Source: Ranitomeya imitator
Taxonomy: Eukaryota
Direction of reading: 5' to 3'
Length of the DNA: 64,000 nucleotides
Assembly (NCBI RefSeq): GCF_032444005.1
Contig: NC_091283.1
Span: 435,798,001-435,862,000 of the forward strand
The position numbers were made by a program, and so were the translations under genes. Below the pieces are notes generated by a model that was not told where the DNA came from, searched no databases, and saw only the letters and a program-made list of their open reading frames with translations. Numbering within the stretch: the stretch's first letter is position 1; every line of letters begins with the position of its first letter. Positions 37,206 to 51,759 of the stretch are shown here, in pieces.

Positions 37206-37857
37206 TTAAGGTTTTATCAGTCCCTTTACCTCCCATGACACAATCTAGCCTGGAAAAGAAAGTGAGCAGGAAAGAAGAGCAATGGCTCTGTCTGCTGTCC
37301 AGTACAGTCTATAATAAAAGCCAGTGCTGGACCCCCGTATAGACTGTCCAGTCATCAGAAAGTATCTTATAAATAGACAGGATACAATCCATCCTAGGGA
37401 GGGCTCCTCATGGCTGCCATGAATAGATAGAATAGTTTTCCTGCATTAAGGCCAATCACTCTTTTAGACTATCACTTTAAAGAAGCACTCCATTACTGTT
37501 TTTACCCCCTAAACCTGTGTAAATGTTAGTGTAGTGTCAGTGTGTTAATATACTCACTGATCGCAGTCTTTTCCAGTATCCAGTGTCTGTCTGATCCTTG
37601 TTTGAGTCACATGAAGGCAATTCGGACTCTCCAGATCTCTCTGTGAGTGAGCCAGAAGTCTGTTTTACAATGTAAACCTATGGACCCTCGTTCTAAACTT
37701 ATATTGTAAAGGTGATGCAGAGGGTATCATAGTCTGGAGAGTCTGAATAGTCATCACGTGACTCAAGAGGATCCAAGCGGCACTGGATACCTGAGAAGAC
37801 GGCGATCGGTGAGTATATTAACACACTGACACTACACTAACATTTACGCTATTGTAA

Positions 37858-38185
37858 GGCTGGGTTCACATTGCGTTAAACCCGTCCGTTAGATGGACTA
37901 CGTTACACCGCGGCATAATGCGGTGTAACGCAGTCCGCTAACGCTGCCATTGAATCCAATGTCGGACGCATCGCCACAATGGGCGTGCGCTAGCGATGTG
38001 CCGTCATTGAGTGACGGACCCCGAGACGCGGGCTGCAGCGTTTCTGGGTCCGTCGCCGCTAGCGCAGATAGATCTAGCAGATGCTCTATCTGCGCTAGCG
38101 TGCTGCCATAACGGCACTTGTGTTAATAGCAGCCCGGTAACGTATGTGTTTAACGGGCTGCTATTAACGCAATGTGAACCCGGCC
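37858..38185. mobile_element. PIF/Harbinger-type MITE
   Basis: TAA|GGCTGGGTTCACATTGCGTT ... AACGCAATGTGAACCCGGCC|TAA. Related to 59101-59456. Confidence 0.85.
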
Positions 38186-38279
38186 TAAGGGGGAAAAAGT
38201 TCTGAGAGTGGAGGTTCGGGACTACTTGTCCCATCCATTGTTTCCCTCCTGTTTTACATCAGTTTCCTTTTTCTCTCAG

Positions 38280-38387
38280 GTTGCAGAAGATGTGAATGTC
38301 ACCTTTGAGGACCAGCAAAAAATTAACATCTTTGCAAGAAATACAAGTAGAATGACAGAGCTGAAGGATGAGATTGAAGTAAAGAAG
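38280..38387 (+). CDS. PFDN4: Prefoldin subunit 4, exon 2 (VAEDVNVTFEDQQKINIFARNTSRMTELKDEIEVKK)
   Basis: Polypyrimidine tract + CAG acceptor and AAG|GTAACG donor; 108 nt. Closely matches human AEDVNVTFEDQQKINKFARNTSRITELKEEIEVKK. Confidence 0.96.
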
Positions 38388-38858
38388 GTAACGCCCCCTC
38401 CTGGCCTTTAGATGTAATTACAGTAGTGGCTGCTATAAAGTTTAATTATTTACCCAGATTCTCTTTCCATCACAAAGACACTGTGAGATCATAGAAAGTG
38501 CCATAAAGTTGTCTAATACACTTTGCAACTGGAAAAATACAACTTTACCGCGACTACAATCTCAAGGCTGTGTTCACACTATCACTATTTGGTCAGTATT
38601 TTACATCAGTATCTGTAAGCCAAAACCAGGAGTGGGTGACAAATGTATGTAGAAGTGGTGCATATGTTTCTATTATACTTTTCCTCTAATTGTTCCACTC
38701 CTGGTTTTGGCTTACAAATACTGATGTAAAATACTGACCAAATACTGACCGTGGCGTTAGAGCAGAATCCACATCATCCCGAATTTTCCATCCTCATCGC
38801 ACTTTCAGTATCTGTTTGTTTATCCAATGATTTGCTATCACTCCTATTGAGACTATTA

Positions 38859-39052
38859 GGCCAAGATCACACATGCGAGAAATACGTCCGCGTCTCGCAT
38901 GGTAATACCCGCATTGCCGGCGTCACTCTGGAGCGGAGCGTCGGCTGCATAGCAATACATGGAGCCGTACGCTCCGCTCCTGAGTGACGGCGGCAATGCC
39001 GGGGATTACCATGCGAGACGCGGACGTATTTCTCGCATGTGTGATCCCAGCC
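38859..39052. mobile_element. PIF/Harbinger-type palindromic MITE
   Basis: TTA|GGCCAAGATCACACATGCGAGAAATACG ... CGTATTTCTCGCATGTGTGATCCCAGCC|TTA. Confidence 0.8.
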
Positions 39053-39409
39053 TTAGTTTCACCATAAGCAGTCATTACCTAGAAACACTGTCCCGAGTTT
39101 CCTTTAACCATTTCACCCCTGGGCAATTTTTAGTTTTTTATTGTTTCAGTTTTTTCCCTCCCCTTTTTCCAAGAGCCATAACATTTTTATTTTTCCATCC
39201 ATATAGCTGTATGAGGACGAGTTGTACTTTTGAACGATACCATTCTTTTTATCATGTGATGTACTAGAAAGAGAGAAAACAGTTCCTGTGTTGAAATTGC
39301 AAAAAAAAAAAAAAAAAGTGCAATTGCACAATTGTTTTCTATTTACCATGTTCACTGTATGGTAAAAGCAGGCGTTATGATTCTCCAGGTCAGTACAAGT
39401 AGGCATATA

Positions 39410-41716
39410 CAGGTCCTTCTCAAAAACTTAGCATATAGTGTTAAATTTCATTATTTACCATAATGTAATGATTACAATTAAACTTTCATATATTATAGAT
39501 TCATTATCCACCAACTGAAATTTGTCAGGTCTTTTATTGTTTTAATACTGATGATTTTGGCATACAACTCCTGATAACCCAAAAAACCTGTCTCAATAAA
39601 TTAGCATATTTCACCCATCCAATCAAATAAAAGTGTTTTTTAATAACAAACAAAAAAAACATCAAATAATAGTGTTCAGTTATGCACTCAATACTTGGTC
39701 GGGAATCCTTTGGCAGAAATGACTGCTTCAATGCGGCGTGGCATGGAGGCAATCAGCCTGTGACACTGCTGAGATGTTATGGAGGCCCAGGATGCTTCAA
39801 TAGCGGCCTTAAGCTCATCCAGAGTGTTGGGTCTTGCGTCTCTCAACTTTCTCTTCACAATATCCCACAGATTCTCTATGGGGTTCAGGTCAGGAGAGTT
39901 GGCAGGCCAATTGAGCACAGTAATACCATGGTCAGTAAACCATTTACCAGTGGTTTTGGCACTGTGAGCAGGTGCCAGGTCGTGCTGAAAAATGAAATCT
40001 TCATCTCCATAAAGCATTTCAGCCGATGGAAGCATGAAGTGCTCCAAAATCTCCTGATAGCTAGCTGCATTGACCCTGCCCTTGATGAAACACAGTGGAC
40101 CAACACCAGCAGCTGACATGGCACCCCACACCATCACTGACTGTGGGTACTTGACACTGGACTTCAGGCATTTTGGCATTTCCTTCTCCCCAGTCTTCCT
40201 CCAGACTCTGGCACCTTGATTTCCGAATGACATGCAAAATTTGCTTTCATCAGAAAAAAGTACTTGGGACCACTTAGCAACAGTCCAGTGCTGCTTCTCT
40301 GTAGCTCAAAAGTGGCTTTACCTGAGGAATGCGGCACCTGTAGCCCATTTCCTGCACACGCCTGTGCACGGTGGCTCTGGATGTTTCCACACCAGACTCA
40401 GTCCACTGCTTCCTCAGGTTCCCCAAGGTCTGGAATCGGTCCTTCTCCACAATCTTCCTCAGGTTCCGGTCTCCTCTTCTCGTTGTACAGCGTTTTCTGC
40501 CACATTGTTTCCTTCCAACAGACTTACCATTGAGGTGCCTTGATACAGCACTCTGGGAACAGCCTATTTGTTGAGAAATTTCTTTCTGGGTCTTACCCTC
40601 TTGCTTGAGGGTGTCAATGATGGCCTTCTTGACATCTGTCAGGTCGCTAGTCTAAAGGTACCTTCACACATAACGATATTGTTAACGATATCGTTGCTAT
40701 TTGTGACGTAGCAACGATATCGTTAATGAAATCGTTATGTGTGACAGCGACCAACGATCAGGCCCCTGCTGGGAGATCGTTGGTCGCTGAAGAAAGTCCA
40801 GAACTTTATTTCGTCGCTGGACTCCTGCTGACATCGCTGGATCGGCGTGTGTGACACCGATCCAGCGATGTCTTCACTGGTAACCAGGGTAAACATCGGG
40901 TAACTAAGCGCAGGGCCGCGCTTAGTAACCCGATGTTTACCCTGGTTACCATGCTAAAAGTTAAAAAAAACAAACACTAGATACTTACCTACAGCCGTCT
41001 GTCCTCCAGCGCTGTGCTCTGCACTCCTCCTGTACTGGCTGTGAGCCGGAAAGCGGAGCGGTGACGTCACCGCTCTGCTTTCCGGCTCCCAGCCAGTACA
41101 GGAGGAGAGCAGAGAAGCAGAGCGCAGCGCTGGAGGACAGACAGCGGTAGGTAAGTATCTAGTGTTTGTTTTTTTTACTTTTAGCATGGTAACCAGGGTA
41201 AACATCGGGTTACTAAGCGCGGCCCTGCGCTTAGTTACCCGATGTTTACCCTGGTTACCGGCATCGTTGGTCGCTGGAGAGCGGTCTGTGTGACAGCTCT
41301 CCAGCGACCAAACAGCGACGCTGCAGCGATCCGGATCGTTGTCGGTATCGCTGCAGCGTCGCTTAATGTGAAGGGGCCTTTACCCATGATGGGGGTTTTG
41401 AGTAATGAACCAGGCAGGGAGTTTATAAAAGCCTCAGGTATCTTCTGCATGTGTTTAGAGTTAATTAGTTGATTCCGAAGATTAGGGTAATAGGTCGTTT
41501 AGAGAACCTTTTCTTGATATGCTAATTTATTGAGACAGGTTTTTTGGGTTATCAGGAGTTGTATGCCAAAATCATCAGTATTAAAACAATAAAAGACCTG
41601 ACAAATTTCAGTTGGTGGATAATGAATCTATAATATATGAAAGTTTAATTGTAATCATTACATTATGGTAAATAATGAAATTTAACACTATATGCTAATT
41701 TTTTGAGAAGGATCTG
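39410..41716 (-). mobile_element. Tc1/mariner transposon with ~200-bp TIRs; disrupted DD34E transposase
   Basis: TA|CAGGTCCTTCTCAAAAA ... TTTTTGAGAAGGATCTG|TA. ATG at 41387 (MGKTSDLTDVKKAII..., interrupted by a MITE). C-terminal part 40233-39688 has [31 protein letters not shown] and FPTKY*. Confidence 0.95.
40656..41379. mobile_element. PIF/Harbinger-type MITE inserted in the first codons of the Tc1 transposase
   Basis: AGGTACCTTCACAC ... GTGAAGGGGCCT with TWA flanks. Same family as 43311-44032, in opposite orientation. Confidence 0.85.
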
Positions 41717-43310
41717 TACCAAACATGTATAGATTATTATTATTAGTAGTAGTAGTAGTAGTAGTAGTAGTATTTAAGTGGTGAAAAGAATTAGAAAATT
41801 TGTAAGAAAATTTTTTTTTTGCTTTTGTCTCTAGTTTCTGAGACTCAAAGCATTTTAAATTCTAGGGATCTGGGGTTGTGTGAGGGCTTATTTTTTGTGC
41901 CCCTTGCTGACACTTTACTGATAACCATTTTGGGGTACATGCAATGTTTTGATCTCCTCTTATTGCATTTTATTGCAGTGTTGCGGCAGCCAAAAAATGT
42001 TATTCTGCCATTTTGATTCTCATTATCGATTTTAACGACCAGATTAATTTACTTTATATTTTGATTTTAACGAACGCAGCGATACCAAACGTGTATTTTT
42101 ATTGTTTTATTTTCAATGGGGCAAAAGCATGTTGATTTGGTTTGTGTTTTTATTTTATATATATATTTTTTCCATATTTTAAAAACACTTTTTACTGTAT
42201 TTGTTAGTCACCTTAGGGGATTTGAAGCTGTGATCATCTGATAACTTATGTATAGAGAAAATCATGATTTCCTATGAATGCCAGCCATGGGCTGGCTTTT
42301 ACAGGAGGATCGTAATGACTGACATTGTTGTCATCAGCAGACCTCCGGCAGTAATGACAGCCCATCCGTACCCCACGATCATGTCCCAGGCGCATTGATG
42401 AAAGCGTGGAATGATGCGCTCCCTGCCGATACATATTAAATGCTGCTGCCAGAGATTGACAGCGACATCTAGCAGCTTAACAGCCTTGGGCAAAGCTCCG
42501 CTCCATCCATGACTGTTTAAAAGTATTGGCTGATTAAATCAGCCCACGTGTACTGGGAAAGAAGTGGGCTCGGCGTTTGAGCCCTCATCAAAGTCGGGGA
42601 CACGACTTTCGAATTACATGTACGTCAAAAGCCGTGACGGGGTTAAACCACAACCACATGTAGAACAGCACTGATGGCCCATTTTCCTCTAATTAGGGTT
42701 TTATATTTCTCATCAGAATAAATGAATTAAAATCACACAAACAATATATAAAACACTCGGGACGTTAGCGTCTGTTTGACTCTGGGTTTCACCTGTTGGC
42801 TTCTTCTTGGGTAATAATAGAACCCCAGTGGGAGGCAATTTGTCAATCAGTGTTGCTCTTTGTGCCGTTGTTCTTCAAGAGAAACTTGTGAAAGTATTGT
42901 TGACTGTGACTATTTGTGGAATTACTAGTCTCAGCAGGACTGATAGCGACATAACTGGATGAAATACATCTATACTCCAAGTGTGATGAGGATGGAAGAT
43001 TTTCTGTGATGTGAGTTTTGCTGTAAAGATCACAGATGCGGTAACGTTGTATTACATCCACCATACAATCTGTCCCCCACAGACTGTAATATACAGACAG
43101 GAATATCTCCTTCCTGTACTGTAAGTAGTGCAGATTTTAGATGTCACCACGTCTGTGACCGTACAAAGCACAAGGCCATAGCTCAGGAAACATCCACGAT
43201 CTTATAATGTTGCTCCTCAGCTGCTGCATAACCTCATTTTACAAAGGGAAGAGTGAGATTCACGTAACTCATATTAAAGACTGATTCACGTGAGCTGCCT
43301 CTCAGTGTTA

Positions 43311-44032
43311 AGGTACCGTCACACATAGCGACGCTGCAGCGATACCGACAACGATCCGGATCGCTGCAGCGTCGCTGTTTGGTCGCTGGAGAGCTGTCAC
43401 ACAGACAGCTCTCCAGCGACCAACTATCCCGAGGTCCCCGGTAACCAGGGTAAACATCGGGTAACTAAGCGCAGGGCCGCGCTTAGTAACCCGATGTTTA
43501 CCCTGGTTACCATCCTAAAAAGTAAAAAAACAAACGCTACATACTTACCTTCTGCTGTCTGTCCTCGGCGCTCTGCTTCTCTGCTCTGGCTGTGAGCGCA
43601 GCGGCCGGAAAGCAGAGCGGTGACGTCACCGCTCTGCTTTCCGGCTGACCGACGCTCACAGCCAGAGCAGGAGGAGTGCAGAGCACAGCGCTGGAGGACA
43701 GACGGCTGTAGGTAAGTATGTAGTGTTTGTTTTTTTACTTTTAGGATGGTAACCAGGGTAAACATCGGGTTACTAAGCGCGGCCCTGCGCTTAGTTACCC
43801 GATGTTTACCCTGGTTACCAGCAAAGACATCGCTGAATCGGTGTCACACACGCCGATTCAGCGATGTCTACGGGGAGTCCAGCGACGAAATAAAGTTCTG
43901 GACTTTCTTCCCCGACCAGCGATCTCCCAGCAGGGGCCTGATCGCTGCTGCCTGTCACACTGGACGATATCGCTAGCGAGGACGCTGCAACGTCACGGAT
44001 CGCTAGCGATATCGTCTAGTGTGACAGTACCT
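43311..44032. mobile_element. PIF/Harbinger-type MITE
   Basis: TTA|AGGTACCGTCACAC ... GTGTGACAGTACCT|TTA; internal palindromes (GTAACCAGGGTAAACATCGG). Confidence 0.88.
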
Positions 44033-44253
44033 TTAGTACAAGCTGAGGAGGTTAAAGCCGCACCTCCTATAGGATATCCTTCATAGATGTTCATTATATA
44101 ATACACGACACAAATGCGATTATACCTTGTAGGCCAGTGCCCCTCCCCACCCCCAAATTTCCATCTATGTGCCCTCTTGGACAGATGCTTTATATTTACC
44201 TCCTATAAGTTTCTTCTCCCTATGACCTAAACTAATTTGTGACAGGACCTTAA

Positions 44254-44559
44254 GGCTATGTGCACACGTTCAGGATTTCTTGCAGAAATTTCCTGAGCAA
44301 AACCGGACATTTTATGCGTTTTTGACGCTTTTTTTTCCGGAGCTTCCCAATGCATTAAATAGCGGGAAAACGTGAAAAATCCGCAAAATTAATGAACATG
44401 CTGTGTTTTTTACCGCGATGCGTTTTTTTCGCGGAAAAAACGCATCATGTGCACAAAAATTGCGTAATGCATTCTAAATGATGGGATGCATAATGTATGC
44501 GTTTTTTATGCGTTTTTATAGCGAAAAAATGCAAAAAAACGCAACATGGGAACACAGCC
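44254..44559. mobile_element. PIF/Harbinger-type MITE; provides the empty site for the DIRS insertion
   Basis: TAA|GGCTATGTGCACAC ... GGGAACACAGCC|TCA. Homologous to 49730-49836 + 54043-54210. Confidence 0.75.
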
Positions 44560-44607
44560 TCAGAGAGGAGCAGCTTCCATATGTAGTCAGAGCTTTGTAG
44601 CCATGGT

Positions 44608-46454
<1,847 letters not shown>

Positions 46455-48666
46455 TAAAAACACTGAACATATATATTATAACCTACATCAAGCTTCTGTT
46501 GTGACACGAAGAATTACTTATACATTTCTGATGGATGCATCTGCTGAACTATGTTAAAGGTGTTGTCCACTACTAGGACAACCCCTTCTTAAAGGGAACC
46601 TGTCACCTCTGTAGTACATGCCTGCGCAAAGTAATCTTACCTTGCGCAGGCGTGTACTATGGAAGACAGAGAATGAACTTCAATCCAATATTTCGGCCAG
46701 CATGCAGCCAGCAGGTAAGGAAAGGGTGAATCAAACACCCGAAAACTCCGCCCATATGACCCAAAACCAGTCCCGCCAAATTCAGGTGACAGGTTCCCTT
46801 TAAGCTAAATGTTTGGCCCCGATTAAAATAATAAAGCCTATACTCGCCTCCCATGCCTTTTGGCTCTATTCCAGTGGTGTCGCCACTCGTGTCCCCGGGG
46901 CTGTGATGTGGTGGAATGACACGTGGTGCCTGACGCCCAATCAGCAATGGCATCACTGTCTCCTTCGGACAAACTGAACATGAAGAGGAGCTCCAGCTGC
47001 AGCTGATCTGTGGCTTCCTCTTCATGTTCAGTTTGTCTGAAGGTGGAGATAGTGACGCCAGCTCTGTTTGAGCACGGAGTTGCGTGTTACAGCACCGCAT
47101 CATAGCCCCGGGGAGAGCGAATGCCAACACCACGGGAATGGCCCCGGTACGATAATTGAGTATAGGCATTGTTCTTTTATTACGGCCAAATATTTGGTTT
47201 AACCCCTTTCTACCATTGGACATACTATTCCGTCCATGTGGGGTGTGCCCTACTTCCCAAGAACGGAATAGTACGTCCAGCACGATCAACCGAGCTCACG
47301 GGGGGAGCGCGGCCGGGTGTCAGCTGACTATCGCAGCTGACATCCGGCACTATGTGCCAGGAGCGGTCACGGACCGCTCCTGGCACATTAACCCCCGGCA
47401 CAGTGCGATCAAAGATGATCACAGCATTCCGGTGGCATAGGGAAGCATCGCGCAGGGAGGGGGCTCCCTGCGTGCTTCCCTGAGACCCTCGGAGCAACGC
47501 GATGTGATCACGTTGCTCCGAGGGTCTCCTACCTCCTCCTCCCTGCAGGCCCGGATCCAAAATGGCCGCGGGGCTACTTCCGGGTCCTGCAGGGAGGTGG
47601 CTTACCAGCGCCTGCTCAGAGCAGGCGCTGGTAAGCCTGCAGCCCTGCCTGTCAGATCGCTGATCTGACACAGTGCACTGCAAAGTGTCAGATCAGCGAT
47701 CTGACCCTATAGTATCATGTCCCCCCCTGGGACAATGCCAAAAAGTTAAAAAAAAAAATTCACATGTGTAAAAAAAAATAAATAAAAAAAATAATTTCTC
47801 AATAAAGAAAAAATATTGTTCCAATAAATACATTTCTTTATCTAAATAAAAAAACAAACAATAACAGTACACATATTTAGTATCGCCGCGTCCGTAACGA
47901 CCCCACCTATAAAACTGTCCCACTAGTTAACCCCTTCAGTGAACACCATCACAAAAAAACGAGGCAAAAAACAACGCTTTATTATGATACCACCAAATAA
48001 AAAGTGGAATAACACGTGATCAAAAAGAAGTATATAAATAACCATGGTACCGCTGAAAACATCATCTTGTCCCGCAAAAAACGAACCGCCATACAGCGTC
48101 ATCAGTGAAAAAATAAAAAAGTTATAGTCCTCAGAATAAAGCGATACAAAAATAATTATTTTTTATATAAAATAGTTTTTATCGTATAAAAGCGCCAAAA
48201 CATAAATTATATAAATGAGGTATCGCTGTAATCGTACTGACTCGAAGAATAAAACTGCTTTATCAATTTTACCAAACGCGGAACGGTATAAATGCCTCCC
48301 CCGCCCAAAAGAAATTCATGAATAGCTGGTTTTTGGTCATTCTGCCTCACAAAAATCGGAATAAAGTGCGATCAAAAAAATGTCATGTGCCCAAAAATGG
48401 TTCCAATAAAAACGTCAACTCGTCCCGCAAAAAAACAAGACCTCACATGACTCTGTTGGACCAAAATATGGAAAAATTGTAGCTCTTAAAATGTGGAGAT
48501 GCATTATTTTTTGCAATAAAAAGCGTCTTTTAGTGTGTGACAGCTGCCAATCATAAAAATCCTCTAAAATACCCGCTATACATAGTAAATCAAACCCCCC
48601 TTCATCACCACCTTAGTTAGGGAAAAATAATAAAATTAAAAAAAATATTTATTTCCATTTTCCCGC

Positions 48667-49490
48667 TAGGGTTAGGGTTAGGGCTAGGGTTAGGGCTAGA
48701 GTTAGGGCTAGGGTTAAGGCTACAGTTAGGGTTGAGGCTAAGGTTAGGGTTGGGGCTAAAATTAGGGATAGGATTACATTTACAGTTGGGAATAGGTTTG
48801 GGTTGGGATTAGGGTTAGGGGTGTGTCAAAGTTAGGGGTGTGGTTAGGGTTAATGTTGGGATTAGGGTTAGGGATGTGTTTGGATTAGGGTTTCAGTTAT
48901 AATTGGGGGGTTTCCACTGTTGGGGCTAAAGCTAGGGATAGGGTTGGGGCTAGGGATAGGGTTAGGGTTGGGGCTAGGGTTAGGGTTGGAGCTAGGGTTA
49001 GGGTTGGAGCTAGGGTTAGGGTTGGAGCTAGGGTTAGGGTTGGAGCTAGGGTTAGGGTTGGAGCTAGGGTTAGGGTTGGAGCTAGGGTTAGGGTTGGAGC
49101 TAGGGTTAGGGTTGGAGCTAGGGTTAGGGTTGGGGCTAGGGTTAGGGTTGGAGCTAGGGTTAGGGTTGGAGCTAGGGTTAGGGTTGGAGCTAGGGTTAGG
49201 GTTGGGGCTAGGGTTAGGGTTGGAGCTAGGGTTAGGGTTGGAGCTAGGGTTAGGGTTGGAGCTAGGGTTAGGTTTGGGGCTAGGGTTAGGGCTAGGTTTG
49301 GGGCTAGGGTTAGGGTTGGGGCTAGGGTTAGTGTTGGGTCTAGGGTTAGGGCTACAGTTAGGGTTGGGGCTAAAGTTAGGGTTAGGATTACATTTACGGT
49401 TGGGATAAGGGTTAGGGGTGTGTCAGCATTAGGGGTGTGGTTAGGGTTACCGTTGGGACTAGGGTTAGGGGTGTGTTTGGATTAGGGTTT
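48667..49490 (+). repeat. Telomere-like (TTAGGG) tract with an expanded 18-bp higher-order unit GGGTTAGGGTTGGAGCTA
   Basis: Read directly; expansion at ~48920-49390. Confidence 0.95.
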
Positions 49491-50969
49491 CAGTTATAAT
49501 TGGGGGGGGGGTTTCCACTGTTTAGGCACATCAGGGGCTCTCCGAACGCGACATGGCTTCCGATCTCAATTCCAGCCAATTCTGCGTTGAAAAAGTAAAA
49601 CAGAGCTCTTTCCCTTCCGAGCTCTCCCGTGCGCCCAAACAGGGGTTTACCCCAACATATGGGGTATCAGCGTAGTCAGGACACATTTGACAACAACTTT
49701 TGGGGTCCAATTTCTCCTGTTACCCTTCCCTACCGCGTTTTTGACGCGTTTTTGGTACGTTTTTTGTGCGTTTTGTCCCAAATGCATAGAATTGCGGGAA
49801 AAACGCAGAAAATCTGCAAAAATAATGAACATGCTAATTTCTCCATCGTCTCATTGGGGGACACAGGACTGTGGGTGTATGCTATTGCCGCCAGGAGGCT
49901 GACACTAAGTAGACAAAAAAAAAAGTTAGCTCCTCCTCCATAGTATACACCTTGACACTGGCCCTGACAGCTCCAGTTTATGCTTAGTGTCGGTAGTAGG
50001 CACATCTCTGGGTTTTCCCAGATACATTCTACCTTGAGGATAAGATAGGGGCGACGGACCTTTTTGAAGGGGTCCGATCTCCCCAAACCAACAACGGGCG
50101 AGCACGTGTAAGTGTCGCCACCACGTATCCTTTCCCGCGACGTGGGATTGCCGGACTAAAAACCTGACCACCCTGAGGTAACGAAACCCTAGGTTGTACA
50201 GGCATTTATGCATTGTCCGTGCAGCCTCCACTTCAATCACCAATGCATTGGTCTGCGGTGCTTAAAGGAGGCAGACGGTCCCTCTCCTCACCTACTGAAG
50301 GGTGAAGGAGTTAGTGTGCCTGCACCGTCTTTTCCCATATGTATATTTATATATATATTTATATGTGGATTTACGTGTATGCCTCTTTTCTAACCTTGTG
50401 TGTTGTCAGAGGCTGCGGGGGGGGGGGGCTCCTGCTTCATTGCGCGGTCTCAGGGAAAGCCATGCTGCTCTCAGTGCGGTGCCGGTTCCAGGTTGTCTCC
50501 ATAGCTAAAGCACGGGCGGAAGTCCCGCCCCTAGCATCTTTCTTCCGGCGGCCCGCTGCATCATGGTCACTGTAGTTCCCTGCAGGATCATAGGCGGAAG
50601 TTCCGCCCCTAGCAACTTTCTTCCGGCGGCCCGTTGCATCATGGTCGCTGTAGTTTCCTGCAGGGTCGTGGGCGGAAGTTCCGCCCCCCTTCGGCAGCGC
50701 ATACTTCCGGTTTCGCGCTCCCAGCGTTTCTAGGAGAGCGCAGGTATGGGGAAAATCAAGTCCCCTGCTTTGGCCTTTGCACGATCCTTATGGCAGCTCC
50801 TCCCCCTTTTCATGATCTTCTTAAGGGAGGTTTTCTCTGCTCAGAGGTGTGGTGCTCAGAACCAACGGGGACACAGGACTGGGGTAAGTGCTACTTCCCT
50901 CAGCCTGACAGCAGTTTTTTGTTCTAGACCCAGTAGCTCATGAAGAGTTTCATAGCAGCAATAGTCATC

Positions 50970-51650
50970 ATGTCTAGAAGGACTAAGTCTCACACAGTCC
51001 TGTATACTTCATGCATTACTTGCCGGGTTTCTTTTCCGCATGCGCAAACTAGCCATTTCTGTGAAGCTTGCGATTCCGAACGCGCTCAGGAGCCCCCGCC
51101 TGCTATCCCGCCTGCTACCCCGCTTGCCATTCTGCCGGGTATGCCTGTTTCTGAGACTGCGGCACCTCCCCCTGAGTGGGTCGTATCCTTAACGCAATCT
51201 ATGGCGTCTCTAACAAAGGCGGTTGAGTCCCTTCAAGGACGCGGGGGAAGCCCTGTCAGGGACGTTCATCCATCTGTTCCGGAAAGATCCTCCGATTCTC
51301 AGGATCCTCCGGCCTGCAGGGGCCGTACTCCCTCTAGGCAGACGCGGGGGAAGCGTACCCATACAGCGTCTCCCGGTCCGTCAGGTGCATCTGCATCTGT
51401 GAATTCCGTCTCTCGGTCTCCCTCACCTGTGGGAGTGAATGAACATGGTTCGGACTTTGACTCTGAAGGGTCTTTTGATTTAGAAGCTCCTGATTATCAG
51501 GAATCAGTTGACAGTCTCATTGAGGCCGTTAACCAGTCTTTGGGAGTAGAGGATGTAGCCACCTTACCTTCAGGTCATAAGGTGTCTTTTAAAAGATTCA
51601 AGCAACCTCATAAGGTGTTTTCTTCTCATCCTGAGTTTGAGGATCTAGTT
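50970..51650 (+). pseudogene. DIRS gag-like ORF1, truncated by deletion
   Basis: MSRRTKSHTVLYTSCITCRVSF...FCEAC Cys motif; Ser/Pro-rich region; LIEAVNQSLG. Confidence 0.65.
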
Positions 51651-51759
51651 CACATGCTTCTCTCAACCTCCGTTGCCGTCTGTCTCCTCGGGTCAGGCAA
51701 TCTCTCATATGGTGGATGAGGAGCTCCTCTCTGCGGCAGGGGAAAGCCTTTTCTCCAGT

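Larger units (their letters stand above)
39108..42642. mobile_element. piggyBac-like non-autonomous element hosting a Tc1
   Basis: TTAA|CCATTTCACCCC start and GTGACGGGG|TTAA end; the sequence resumes after the Tc1 TA duplication. Confidence 0.55.

Noticed and set aside
38208-38411. 67-aa ORF read as a single-exon gene
   Set aside because: Only 38280-38387 is exon; the flanks are a polypyrimidine tract and donor-side intron.
48920-49408. 162-aa Gly-Leu repeat ORF
   Set aside because: Translation of the TTAGGG-derived 18-bp repeat.
50173-50187. CTGAGGTAACGAAAC hammerhead-like string inside the DIRS
   Set aside because: Core position 9 is T, there is no stem II and no flanking stem I.
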